DNA from: a candidate division WS6 bacterium OLB20
GTDB taxonomy: Bacteria > Patescibacteriota > Dojkabacteria > B142 > OLB20
Reading direction: 5' to 3'
DNA: 64,000 bases
Assembly: GCA_001567355.1 (NCBI GenBank)
Contig: JYNZ01000003.1
Span: 402,263-466,262, forward strand
Shown: positions 27,988 through 36,805 of the stretch, in pieces
Position numbering within the stretch: the first letter of the stretch is position 1
How the letters are laid out: the number at the start of each line of letters is the position of its first letter
Notes under the pieces: generated by a model
Seen by the model: only the letters and a program-made list of their open reading frames with translations
Told to the model about the DNA's origin: nothing
The model's database searches: none
Made by a program: the position numbers and the translations under genes

Positions 27988-29427
27988 ATGATGAATATTG
28001 AAAACGAACTGGACGCAGCGAGGAAGAACGCCCTCCGCTACATAATCACCACGCAGAAAAAAGACGGCTCATGGAGCGGTCCTTATAGTTCGCGTCTAAG
28101 AGAGACTGTGCTCGCTAACCTTATAGCAAAAATTGCTGGTTGGAAAGAGATCTCGCAAGCTACAGAGACGTGGATTAATGAGCATCCTGAGCCATTCGGG
28201 GTTTCAGAACTTGAACTGGCTTTAAATACTGCGCTTTTGGATATTCTTCGCCGGAAGTCTCTATTGATACCACATGAGCAATTCATGCAACGTGATCTGG
28301 TAAGGAAGTATTTGATGATTTACGCAATAGGAATCCTGTTAAATATCAACTTCCCTACCGATACACAGCAGCTGGTTGCAAAAATACTTACAAGGATTGA
28401 AGAGGAATTGAAAGCGAATACTACACTTAAGCCATGGGCACGTTCAGAGTTTCTCAGTTTCCTAATAATCTGCTGTGACAGAGACGACTTGATTGAAGAA
28501 CTACTTAAACTTGAGGGAGACAGTGGAAGCTGGTTTAACAACACGGCTACAACTGCGATAGCACTGCTTTCCATATCGAGGCACCAACGTATTCAGTTTA
28601 ACTCGTACTATCAATTCTTTAAAGAAAATATGCAGCAGGACGGCGGTTACTCGTATGCACCTATTGAGAACTGGGATACAGGACTTACCCTTCAAATTCT
28701 TGCCGAACAACCTGATCAGGATGATATTATTTCTAAAGCGATTAGTTATCTGGAACTAAGTCAGAATCCAGATGGCGGATGGGGTTTTACTAAAGCCACA
28801 CCATCAGAATCAGATACAACAAGTATTGTTGTAAGAGCCTTGCAGATCCTTGGTGAAGATAGACTTAAGTCAAAGGCGTTAAATTTCTTGAAGTCAGTTC
28901 AATTTACTACTGGTGAATACAAAGGCTTGTGGCCAGTATGGGATCAAAGCGAAATGCCGAGTATCGAGGTGGTAGCTCATGTAGCAGAAGTATTTAGCCA
29001 CGAGGGATTTGACGTTTCCCATGCAGTATCGTGGCTCACTAATAAAGTTTTAACTGACTCCTGGATGCCAGTCTGGGGTAGAAGTTCTGCTTACGCTGCT
29101 TCGGCAATTCTAGCAACTATTGGAAATAAACGAGCAAGATCGATAATTTGCAAACACATTCTGAGCACACAGCTTAAAGATGGAGGATGGCCCAGTGTAC
29201 ACGGCGAATCAAGCAATGCGAGTGCAACAGGTAATGCCTTAGCCGCTCTTAGACTACTGGACAGCCCCGAACAGAAAATCAAGAGATCTGGTATGGAGTA
29301 CCTGATCAGAAACCAGCTGGAAAACGGAACCTGGCCAGAAGTCAGAGAGGTTGTAGGCCCACGGCCATACTCATACAGCGATCAGATGTCGACACACTAC
29401 TTTGCATTGAATCCCTTACTATTATGA
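27988..29427 (+). CDS. Prenyltransferase/squalene-oxidase (QW) repeat protein; class-II terpene-cyclase-like alpha/alpha barrel.
   Basis: 479 aa with at least 5 QW-type repeats (QKKDGSWSG, QQDGGYSY, QNPDGGWGF, QLKDGGWPS, QLENGTWPE) and a DRDD tetrapeptide. It sits divergent from the polyprenyl synthase. Local GC is lower than the window average. Confidence 0.6.
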   Translation: MMNIENELDAARKNALRYIITTQKKDGSWSGPYSSRLRETVLANLIAKIAGWKEISQATETWINEHPEPFGVSELELALNTALLDILRRKSLLIPHEQFMQRDLVRKYLMIYAIGILLNINFPTDTQQLVAKILTRIEEELKANTTLKPWARSEFLSFLIICCDRDDLIEELLKLEGDSGSWFNNTATTAIALLSISRHQRIQFNSYYQFFKENMQQDGGYSYAPIENWDTGLTLQILAEQPDQDDIISKAISYLELSQNPDGGWGFTKATPSESDTTSIVVRALQILGEDRLKSKALNFLKSVQFTTGEYKGLWPVWDQSEMPSIEVVAHVAEVFSHEGFDVSHAVSWLTNKVLTDSWMPVWGRSSAYAASAILATIGNKRARSIICKHILSTQLKDGGWPSVHGESSNASATGNALAALRLLDSPEQKIKRSGMEYLIRNQLENGTWPEVREVVGPRPYSYSDQMSTHYFALNPLLL

Positions 29428-30152
29428 AATTAGTGCGACTGCTTATAAACTCGGTATTAAAGCATCCATTTGCTGCGTTGAAACTTATTTCTCTCAGACC
29501 ATCCGAAGTATCACTCAAACGCTTCCTGTCTGTTTTTGTTACAGCGTCAATAGCCGCACCCAAAAACAGCTTCTACTCCAAAGATATAGTTAGGCTTTGC
29601 CAACTAACACTAATACCTTTCATCATTGATAGCAAACTCGATGAGTCCAACTATTTTCGATTTGGAGTTGATCTAGCAATTGAAAAACTTCAGAAGGATC
29701 TAGAAGTTCGCATTAATGACTTGAAGCTCAGCCAAGAGGAGACTCAAGTTGTCAACAAAGAGATAAGAAACTTAATCGCACATGACTTTTTAGCTAATGA
29801 ATCAGATACTATATCTTCATATCTAATGCACTCAACTTATACAATCGGATTAATATTTGTTACCAGGTCTTTAACGTCTGTTCATCAAGATGAATACGAT
29901 TTAGGCTTTCTAATCGAGTGTTCTAAACTTATTAGATACCTTAGTGATCGCGCAACTATCGAGAAAGATAAATCTGAGAAGAGGAATAATCTATCCAACT
30001 ACATTAATAAACAAGAAATCAATCATAGAATTTATACTTCTTCGAAAAAAATCGAGCAATACAAGATAACTTCGGTGACAGAGCAATTTCTGTACAACAT
30101 TGCAAAATTGAGCCTCATTTTCTATAAGAACAAAGACTTTGAGTACGTATGA
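29424..30152 (+). CDS. Hypothetical all-alpha protein (242 aa), encoded in AT-rich DNA. Its start overlaps the upstream stop by 4 nt.
   Basis: ORF with an ATGA overlap to the QW-repeat gene. No TM. I could not confirm canonical DDxxD or NSE/DTE terpene synthase motifs. Confidence 0.45.
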   Translation: MKLVRLLINSVLKHPFAALKLISLRPSEVSLKRFLSVFVTASIAAPKNSFYSKDIVRLCQLTLIPFIIDSKLDESNYFRFGVDLAIEKLQKDLEVRINDLKLSQEETQVVNKEIRNLIAHDFLANESDTISSYLMHSTYTIGLIFVTRSLTSVHQDEYDLGFLIECSKLIRYLSDRATIEKDKSEKRNNLSNYINKQEINHRIYTSSKKIEQYKITSVTEQFLYNIAKLSLIFYKNKDFEYV

Positions 30153-32140
30153 TATTTGGAAATAGAAAAAAGAAGCCAGCAGGTACACCTGCCCGTAAAC
30201 TGCTTGATGCTAATCTATTAGCTAGTCAGCTTGATGCTGTTCAGGCCGTCTCAAGTGTTCTTATCAAGCAAACAGACCTTGACGAGACCCTTTCTGTCAT
30301 AGTCAATCAGCTCGGTGAGAAGCTCCACTATATAAACCCTGTTATCTATCTCTTAAATGACTCACGTTCCTCTATCTCGGTTCGGAAGGTGAATGTCCCC
30401 AAAGCTATTGTCGCTCTAACAAATAGAATAGTTGGCAAGTCAGTATATGATGTCAACTTTGATCTAGATTCAAACAATACCCTTGCGAAAGCAATTCGCA
30501 GTAGCGAGATTCAAATATCCGATGACTTCTCAGAGGTTTTTCATCCCTATCTGAATAGTTTTGCTGCAAAGACGATCCAAACAGCATTAAATATAAAACG
30601 AGTTATCATTTCTCCAATTAAGGTCGATGATGTGCCGATCGGATGTCTATCAATCGGATCACGAAGTGATGAGGTTGAATCGTCAGAAATAACCACCTTA
30701 CAAACATTTTCTGCACAAATTAGTATTGCGATATATAATTCTCAACAGTTTGAAAATATAGCCCAACAGAAGAACAACCTCGAATCCCTCTTCAACCTCA
30801 CCAGCTCTATCAGTCAGACACTTGACCCGAACAAGGTTACGCAGACTGCTGTCAACACGATCCCGATGAACGATGAGCTGGTAGGGATAACTGTATCGAC
30901 ATATGATCCGGATACAAAACTTATTGTCCCGCAGGCTACCACCCAGGGCGACCTTGCCAGACGCGCTGAAGAGGTGATCGGTTCATTCAAACAGTATGCA
31001 CTTGATCTGTCCAACCCTGATCACCGCTCCAACATGATAGTGCAGACAATCAAAGACGGCACACCGAAGGAAAGCGACCACCTGTCTTCAGTTGTCAGTC
31101 CTGTCATGCCAAAGGCTCTGGTTGACGGACTCAACCGGCTGCTCAAGATCAACAAGGTCATCGCCTACCCCCTGCAATCCCGTGGCGAGCCTATAGGCGT
31201 CATTGTGTTTTACATGCGGCTCAAGGAAGAGAACGCCTTTACACCTGAAAAACAGCAGCTGTTTGAGACATATGCATCCCAGATCAGCATTGCACTTGAA
31301 AACGCACTTCTGTACACACAATCAGAAGAGATCACACAGAACCTGCGCGAAGCCAGACGTCGCGAACGTGATATGGTCGATGTCATGGGACACGAGCTGC
31401 GAACACCGATTTCTATTGTGCGCAATGCCCTGCTGACCCTCGAAAAAGACTACCAGGAGGATAACAAGGTCGAAGATCAGGAGAAGCTGGGTAAATACCT
31501 ATCCATGGCAATCGAGTCCACCAAACGAGAGGTCCGGCTGATTGAGACCATGCTTTCTGCCACTAAAGTTGAGGGGAACAAGATTCAGCTTGATTTCGGC
31601 AAGGTTGATATGCTGGATGTGATAGATGATGCTATTGAGGCATTAAAGCCACTTGCAGATGATAAGAATCTGCCTATTGTCTACGCCCGGCCACAGGTCG
31701 ACTATTTTGCGTACGCTGATCGAGTGCGTACACAGGAGATCATGGATAATATTCTCAGCAATGGCATCAAGTATACAGCCAGCGGTGAGGTGCGAATAAG
31801 TATCCGCAAAGACAAAGGGAAGATCTGGGTTGATGTTTCCGATACAGGTATAGGATTACACGAGGAAGACAAGGCACAGCTTGGTAAAAAGTTCTTCCGG
31901 GCTAAAGCGATGTTCAGCGATAAACCCGGCGTGGTTCAGCCAAGCGGCACAGGTCTGGGACTGTTTGTCACCTTCAACCTGATAGAGCTTATGAACGGTG
32001 ATAAGACCATTAAGAGCGAACCCGGCAATGGCTCAGTCTTCAGCTTTGGCCTGCCGGAGTTTACCGGTCAGAAGGAGCAGCATCTGCAGGAGGCGATGCT
32101 TGGCAAAACTTCAAAGCCAGCTGACGCCCGATCTGACTGA
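30149..32140 (+). CDS. Cytoplasmic sensor histidine kinase with tandem GAF domains; paralogue of the 23590..25977 kinase core.
   Basis: No TM. Two GAF-like regions. H-box MGHELRTPISIVRNAL. HATPase boxes LSNGIKYT, DTGIGL, GTGLGL. The kinase core is ~65% identical in protein to the other HK. No adjacent response regulator. Confidence 0.85.
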   Translation: MIFGNRKKKPAGTPARKLLDANLLASQLDAVQAVSSVLIKQTDLDETLSVIVNQLGEKLHYINPVIYLLNDSRSSISVRKVNVPKAIVALTNRIVGKSVYDVNFDLDSNNTLAKAIRSSEIQISDDFSEVFHPYLNSFAAKTIQTALNIKRVIISPIKVDDVPIGCLSIGSRSDEVESSEITTLQTFSAQISIAIYNSQQFENIAQQKNNLESLFNLTSSISQTLDPNKVTQTAVNTIPMNDELVGITVSTYDPDTKLIVPQATTQGDLARRAEEVIGSFKQYALDLSNPDHRSNMIVQTIKDGTPKESDHLSSVVSPVMPKALVDGLNRLLKINKVIAYPLQSRGEPIGVIVFYMRLKEENAFTPEKQQLFETYASQISIALENALLYTQSEEITQNLREARRRERDMVDVMGHELRTPISIVRNALLTLEKDYQEDNKVEDQEKLGKYLSMAIESTKREVRLIETMLSATKVEGNKIQLDFGKVDMLDVIDDAIEALKPLADDKNLPIVYARPQVDYFAYADRVRTQEIMDNILSNGIKYTASGEVRISIRKDKGKIWVDVSDTGIGLHEEDKAQLGKKFFRAKAMFSDKPGVVQPSGTGLGLFVTFNLIELMNGDKTIKSEPGNGSVFSFGLPEFTGQKEQHLQEAMLGKTSKPADARSD

Positions 32141-32837
32141 CAAATTCCTCCATCAACGGCATCTCAGCATCAAAGGTTCTTTTCTCTAGATGGGTAAAGT
32201 AAACAGCTCCGTAAACCTTTGCCTCGTATAGAATTGGTAACCCTGCGGAGTAACGCGACTTACTGAATTTCTGCATTAGTTCTGTAAAATTTCTACTCAT
32301 CGCTCCTACAGTGAAATTGTAGTTATAATCCGAATAGTATTTCTTTTTTTCTTTTACAACCCTGACTAAATAGTTATCGGGATGTTCAGTGAGCGACACG
32401 GACAAACTTGTTAGGTTTTTTCCCAACCTTCCGATCGTGATCAATGCCAGATTAGTTCTGCTGAAAGCACTGACTCGTAATCTGTCTCCATCCACAAGCA
32501 GCAATACTACAATAGAAAATCCCAGCACTTTTGCCACCTCATCAACGGCGTATTGTAGTAGCTCATCCGTATTCAGTATTCCTTCCAGATTATTTATTAT
32601 ATTCAACAGCTTTGAGGGCGTATCAAACACAATCCCGAATAGATCACCAAGCTCTAAATCTGACAAGCTGAGATGATCAGCGATTTTGAGTATAGTCTCC
32701 TTCGTAGGATTATTTACACCGTTCTCTATCCGCGACAGACTCCCCGGCGACGCGCCAATCGCCATCTCAAGGTCAAGCTGGCTTACACCCGCACGTTTGC
32801 GGTAGGTCCTGATTTTATCGCCGACTGATTCGCTCAT
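32061..32837 (-). CDS. XRE-family HTH transcription regulator fused to a GAF-like sensor domain.
   Basis: N-terminal YRKRAGVSQLDLEMAIGASPGSLSRIENG is a Cro/C1-type HTH. The C-terminal ~180 aa are GAF-like. The 3' end overlaps the convergent HK 3' end by ~80 nt, so one of the two ends may be shorter. Confidence 0.65.
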   Translation of the reverse strand: MSESVGDKIRTYRKRAGVSQLDLEMAIGASPGSLSRIENGVNNPTKETILKIADHLSLSDLELGDLFGIVFDTPSKLLNIINNLEGILNTDELLQYAVDEVAKVLGFSIVVLLLVDGDRLRVSAFSRTNLALITIGRLGKNLTSLSVSLTEHPDNYLVRVVKEKKKYYSDYNYNFTVGAMSRNFTELMQKFSKSRYSAGLPILYEAKVYGAVYFTHLEKRTFDAEMPLMEEFVSQIGRQLALKFCQASPPADAAPSDR

Positions 32838-33618
32838 GGTTAAGTTTGAATAACTCCTCCTTTGAAAGTAATTTTAGTAATCCCCTGATCATATCTGCGA
32901 TCTGCTTCATCATTTTCTCAAGTGCTCTGGCTTCGTTCTGATTAAACGATGCGAGCGATTCCTTCCGTGCGATAGTGAGTGCCCCATACACAGTATTCTC
33001 ATCAGCAATCGGTAACGCAATAAAGGATTTAAGCCCGATTGTGCTTGCAATCAGTTTGCACTGCATCTTCGTAAGCGGTGGCGAAGCAAAATCTGAAAGT
33101 ACTTCACCAGTAAACATCCTGTTTTCATCAACACATTGTTTGGTATATGTATCAAGGTTATCCAGACTCTGTGGGTTGAACGACAATTGATCCAGAATGT
33201 ATTTAAAAGCAAAATCCACTGCCGGACCGGTCGAGAAGTATCGCAGGTGAAGTGCATTCAGATCCTGATCAAAATAGGAGAATGCTATACCTTTGTATCC
33301 AAGCTTGTTTTGAATCTCAGTCAACTTCTCTCCGAGAGCGTAATCCACGACTTTACCCGAAAGCATTGCCCGTATGCCCTGCAGTGAGTCTTCAAACTGT
33401 TCGATGGAGAGATCTATATCAAAGAGTCCGGCTGTTTCAACCGCGTCAAGCTTCAGTACATCTGCAATATTGAGAAGCGTCTCTTTGGTCGGGTTAACAA
33501 TACCGTTCTCAATCCGCGACAGACTCCCCGGCGACGCGCCAATCGCCATCTCAAGGTCAAGCTGGCTTACACCCGCACGTTTGCGGTAATCACGGATAAT
33601 GCTGCCCAGATCATGCAT
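32815..33618 (-). CDS. XRE-family HTH plus GAF-like regulator; tandem paralogue of the previous gene.
   Basis: The first ~30 codons are identical at the DNA level to the neighbouring paralogue (about 85-bp repeat at 32720-32805 and 33500-33585). The C-terminal sensor domain has diverged. Confidence 0.65.
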   Translation of the reverse strand: MHDLGSIIRDYRKRAGVSQLDLEMAIGASPGSLSRIENGIVNPTKETLLNIADVLKLDAVETAGLFDIDLSIEQFEDSLQGIRAMLSGKVVDYALGEKLTEIQNKLGYKGIAFSYFDQDLNALHLRYFSTGPAVDFAFKYILDQLSFNPQSLDNLDTYTKQCVDENRMFTGEVLSDFASPPLTKMQCKLIASTIGLKSFIALPIADENTVYGALTIARKESLASFNQNEARALEKMMKQIADMIRGLLKLLSKEELFKLNHERISRR

Positions 33619-33694
33619 TTTTAGTATATAACTGGGCGAATTATATCAAAAACACATGCGGAAACATTGTGCTGCAATACAAATCTGCCTGGAG

Positions 33695-34375
33695 TTATTC
33701 TGCTACAGTGTTAACCACCTTCTCAACACATGCTGATGTTCTACAGTCGCATCGTATTGTATAACACTGAGGTTGGCCGGGATCAGGGCGCGTTGCAGGA
33801 CAAACCTGATATTCCTCGATATCGTCCGACGCTCCTGGATTGGAGCAGTTATTAGTACAGACAAATCGATCGTTCTCATTGCACGCGAGTACCTGCCCTA
33901 CATAGGAACCACCTGTACAGACCTGCGGGAAGAAGAACGTAAATCCGGGATCACGAAGGTTTTCATAGCAGCTTGCATCCTCGGCAATCAGCCCTTGCAT
34001 CAATGTTGCTGATATCGGGTATGCAAGAAAGTACAGGAGCAGACCGATAACCCACTGCCCTGCACGCTTTTTAGCGATCTCAACCTTGCTCTGGTCGCCG
34101 GCACTTGTCAGGTAGATTCCACCGATTACAACCAGCAGCACCATAAAGACAATGCCTCCAAACGCCCAGGCGGCATATATTACCCGGGTGACAAGATACT
34201 GCAGTTCACGGATTGTGGGTGGTTCGCAGGGTTCACTGCTCTCGAGGGAGCACGGCTCAGAGACCTGAGCCGATGCCGGCTCTGCTGAGATGAACAACGG
34301 CAGCACAACAACTATCAGTACAAGCAGTACCGGGTATGCACGCTTAATAAGTGTTGCAAACCGTTGCACAGTCAT
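33695..34375 (-). CDS. Pilin-like protein 1: signal peptide, two-helix hydrophobic hairpin (TrbC/VirB2-like topology), Cys-rich C-terminal ectodomain (12 Cys).
   Basis: Signal peptide ends ASAQ. Hairpin VIYAAWAFGGIVFMVLLVVIGGIYL - TSAGDQSKVEIAKKRAG - QWVIGLLLYFLAYPISA. The Cys-rich tail follows. Confidence 0.55.
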   Translation of the reverse strand: MTVQRFATLIKRAYPVLLVLIVVVLPLFISAEPASAQVSEPCSLESSEPCEPPTIRELQYLVTRVIYAAWAFGGIVFMVLLVVIGGIYLTSAGDQSKVEIAKKRAGQWVIGLLLYFLAYPISATLMQGLIAEDASCYENLRDPGFTFFFPQVCTGGSYVGQVLACNENDRFVCTNNCSNPGASDDIEEYQVCPATRPDPGQPQCYTIRCDCRTSACVEKVVNTVAE

Positions 34376-34935
34376 CAGTTTGTGATAGGATCGATGCAGT
34401 CCGGTTCTGTGATGTCATCCGGATCAGTTGCAGCCTGGTACAGCGCCTCACATGAATTACACAGAGCCTGACTGTCATCCACTTCACCGGTGCACGATCT
34501 GCAGCCCTCACTGTTAGGCGCGGACAGACATACCTGGTAAAGTGCCGGATCCGGTCTGTTGGCTCCAAAGAAGACAAAGACAAGAACAATACCGACAATT
34601 GCAATAAGCATCGCACCAATACCAAAAAAGATCGCCTGGATGGCTTTTTGCGCCTCCTCTATCTTACCGGCATCTCCCTGAGACTGGATATACTTAATAG
34701 CAGCCATGATCGCATATACCACAGCGATCAGGACAACTGCTCCAAGAGCAAGCACAAGTCCAAGCTGAATACGGCTGGTAACAAAACCCGAAGCACCGAT
34801 ACCTTCTTCTCCAAGCAGACCAAAGATGTCGCCTATCTGATCAGGCAGAAGACTCTGCGCCTGAACTGGCAGTATCATAGCTGCTCCAAGCAGAATCGAC
34901 AGAGATAAAAACGCTCCCGTTATGTACTTTTTCAT
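34375..34935 (-). CDS. Pilin-like protein 2 (copy A of the tandem triplication).
   Basis: Signal peptide (..VQAQ). Core QLGLVLALGAVVLIAVVYAIMAAIKYIQSQGDAGKIEEAQKAIQAIFFGIGAMLIAIVGIVLVFVFF is identical to copies B and C. Distinct Cys-containing C-terminal tail. Confidence 0.6.
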   Translation of the reverse strand: MKKYITGAFLSLSILLGAAMILPVQAQSLLPDQIGDIFGLLGEEGIGASGFVTSRIQLGLVLALGAVVLIAVVYAIMAAIKYIQSQGDAGKIEEAQKAIQAIFFGIGAMLIAIVGIVLVFVFFGANRPDPALYQVCLSAPNSEGCRSCTGEVDDSQALCNSCEALYQAATDPDDITEPDCIDPITN

Positions 34936-34953
34936 GCGAGATAAAAATAATTA

Positions 34954-35559
34954 TTAATTTTCTGCACAGATGCCACCGGCATAGTTGCGCAACGCTGTTG
35001 TAAGCTGAGAATATGACCAGTTGTCCTGCACCTGTGTCTCAAAAAACTCCTCACACTGACCGCAGGCTGTATTTGTTCGTGCTCCGCGGGTACCTGGATC
35101 TTCTCCTGCAAGGCACGACTCACAGCCTTCACTGTCCGGGGACGTCAGGCACACCTGGTAAAGTGCCGGATCCGGTCTGTTGGCTCCAAAGAAGACAAAG
35201 ACAAGAACAATACCGACAATTGCAATAAGCATCGCACCAATACCAAAAAAGATCGCCTGGATGGCTTTTTGCGCCTCCTCTATCTTACCGGCATCTCCCT
35301 GAGACTGGATATACTTAATAGCAGCCATGATCGCATATACCACAGCGATCAGGACGACCGCCCCAAGAGCAAGGACAAGTCCAAGCTGGATACGGCTGGT
35401 AACAAAACCTGCCGAGCCCGAACCGCCGGGTCCAAGCAGGTTGAAGATATCAGCTATCTGACCGGGCAGCAAGCTCTGAGCCTGAACGGTAGTTACACCT
35501 GTCAGCAGGAGCAGCATTGTGGTGGACAGAAGCAGAAGTTGTTTCGTCCGTCTGATCAT
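34954..35559 (-). CDS. Pilin-like protein 3 (copy B).
   Basis: Same hairpin core. About 200 bp are DNA-identical to copy A (34535-34733 vs 35155-35353). The tail differs (...CESCLAGEDPGTRGARTNTACGQCEEFF...). Confidence 0.6.
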   Translation of the reverse strand: MIRRTKQLLLLSTTMLLLLTGVTTVQAQSLLPGQIADIFNLLGPGGSGSAGFVTSRIQLGLVLALGAVVLIAVVYAIMAAIKYIQSQGDAGKIEEAQKAIQAIFFGIGAMLIAIVGIVLVFVFFGANRPDPALYQVCLTSPDSEGCESCLAGEDPGTRGARTNTACGQCEEFFETQVQDNWSYSQLTTALRNYAGGICAEN

Positions 35560-35564
35560 CGTGT

Positions 35565-36170
35565 TTAAGGCTCGTCACACTCATCTGGAATAGTCGTCCC
35601 GCTTGCCTCTGAGTCACAGTTGCTGCCGTTTCTGGCAAGACAGTCGTATGCAGCCTCACACTGACCGCACAATGTATTGGAATATGTTCCATCCGCATCT
35701 GTTGCAGCATCATTATTTAGACATGATTCACAGCCGGCGCTGTTAGGCGCGGACAGACATACCTGGTATAGAGCTGGATCAGGTCTGTTGGCTCCAAAGA
35801 AGACAAAGACAAGAACAATACCGACAATTGCGATAAGCATCGCACCAATACCAAAAAAGATCGCCTGGATGGCTTTTTGCGCCTCCTCAATCTTACCGGC
35901 ATCACCCTGGGACTGGATATATTTAATGGCAGCCATGATCGCATATACAACAGCGATCAGGACAACTGCTCCAAGAGCAAGCACAAGTCCGAGCTGAACA
36001 CGGCTGGTGACAAAGTTTGCAGACCCGGAACCTTCCGGTCCGAGCAGATTGAAGATGTCTCCTATCTGATCAGGCAGAAGACTTTGTGCAGATACTGCTG
36101 CAGGCATTGTCACAAACAGCACCAGAAAGAAGCTGAGTGCGCTGAAAACAAGAAACGATCGTTTGTTCAT
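35565..36170 (-). CDS. Pilin-like protein 4 (copy C).
   Basis: Same core with a few synonymous or near-synonymous changes. Different tail (...CESCLNNDAATDADGTYSNTLCGQCEAAYDCLARNGSNCDSEASG...). Confidence 0.6.
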   Translation of the reverse strand: MNKRSFLVFSALSFFLVLFVTMPAAVSAQSLLPDQIGDIFNLLGPEGSGSANFVTSRVQLGLVLALGAVVLIAVVYAIMAAIKYIQSQGDAGKIEEAQKAIQAIFFGIGAMLIAIVGIVLVFVFFGANRPDPALYQVCLSAPNSAGCESCLNNDAATDADGTYSNTLCGQCEAAYDCLARNGSNCDSEASGTTIPDECDEP

Positions 36171-36234
36171 GGCGTATGTAAAAAATGTTTAAACTCAGTC
36201 TAGTCTATTTGGCAGCTAATGTTAAGGTTTGCGC

Positions 36235-36789
36235 TTAAAGAAAAGTGTAGCTTAGGTTTTCGCAGCGGTCCTCAAATCTGAAAAACTCATTGAGCGGAAC
36301 ATCACTGACATCCAGATGGTCCCACTCCTGATCAGAACCCAGTCCGCCAGTTCTGCAGCACGCTATGGCATACTCTCTGCGCTCATCATCTGCGATCTCA
36401 GGTTGCATCTCCAGCTCAATGTAACGGAACTTGAACTCCGAATCAGCCCCTCCGCACTGTGCAAGATTGCTGCTCCATGAATAGATATCCCCCACTCCGG
36501 TAAACACTCCAATCAGCGACAGTACAATCAGAAACCCGAGAAACATGGCGATCCCGATCCAGATATTCTTGATCACTGTCATTCCACCCTGGATACCGTC
36601 CGGATTACCGGCGCTGGTGATAATTTTGATTCCTGCGTAGATGCTGAAGACAACCCAGACAACAAGCATCACCGAAAACAGAAGCGAGATAAACAGAGCG
36701 ATCACTGACAGGACGCCTCCGTTAAGCAGCCCCCCGACATTAGGGAGAAATAACGAGATACCGCCAATATCAACCTGACCAGTCAGCAT
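36235..36789 (-). CDS. Pilin-like protein 5. Hairpin core diverged. C-terminal Cys-containing acidic domain.
   Basis: 184 aa. Hairpin LSVIALFISLLFSVMLVVWVVFSIYAGIKIITSAGNPDGIQGGMTVIKNIWIGIAMFLGFLIVLSLIGVF. No clear cleavable signal peptide. Confidence 0.5.
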   Translation of the reverse strand: MLTGQVDIGGISLFLPNVGGLLNGGVLSVIALFISLLFSVMLVVWVVFSIYAGIKIITSAGNPDGIQGGMTVIKNIWIGIAMFLGFLIVLSLIGVFTGVGDIYSWSSNLAQCGGADSEFKFRYIELEMQPEIADDERREYAIACCRTGGLGSDQEWDHLDVSDVPLNEFFRFEDRCENLSYTFL

Positions 36790-36805
36790 AGTCGTTTTTT
36801 AAAAG

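Noticed and set aside
29424-30152. Calling the 242-aa protein a class I terpene synthase
   Set aside because: I could not find canonical DDxxD or NSE/DTE metal-binding motifs and the protein is short for that fold. It is left as hypothetical.
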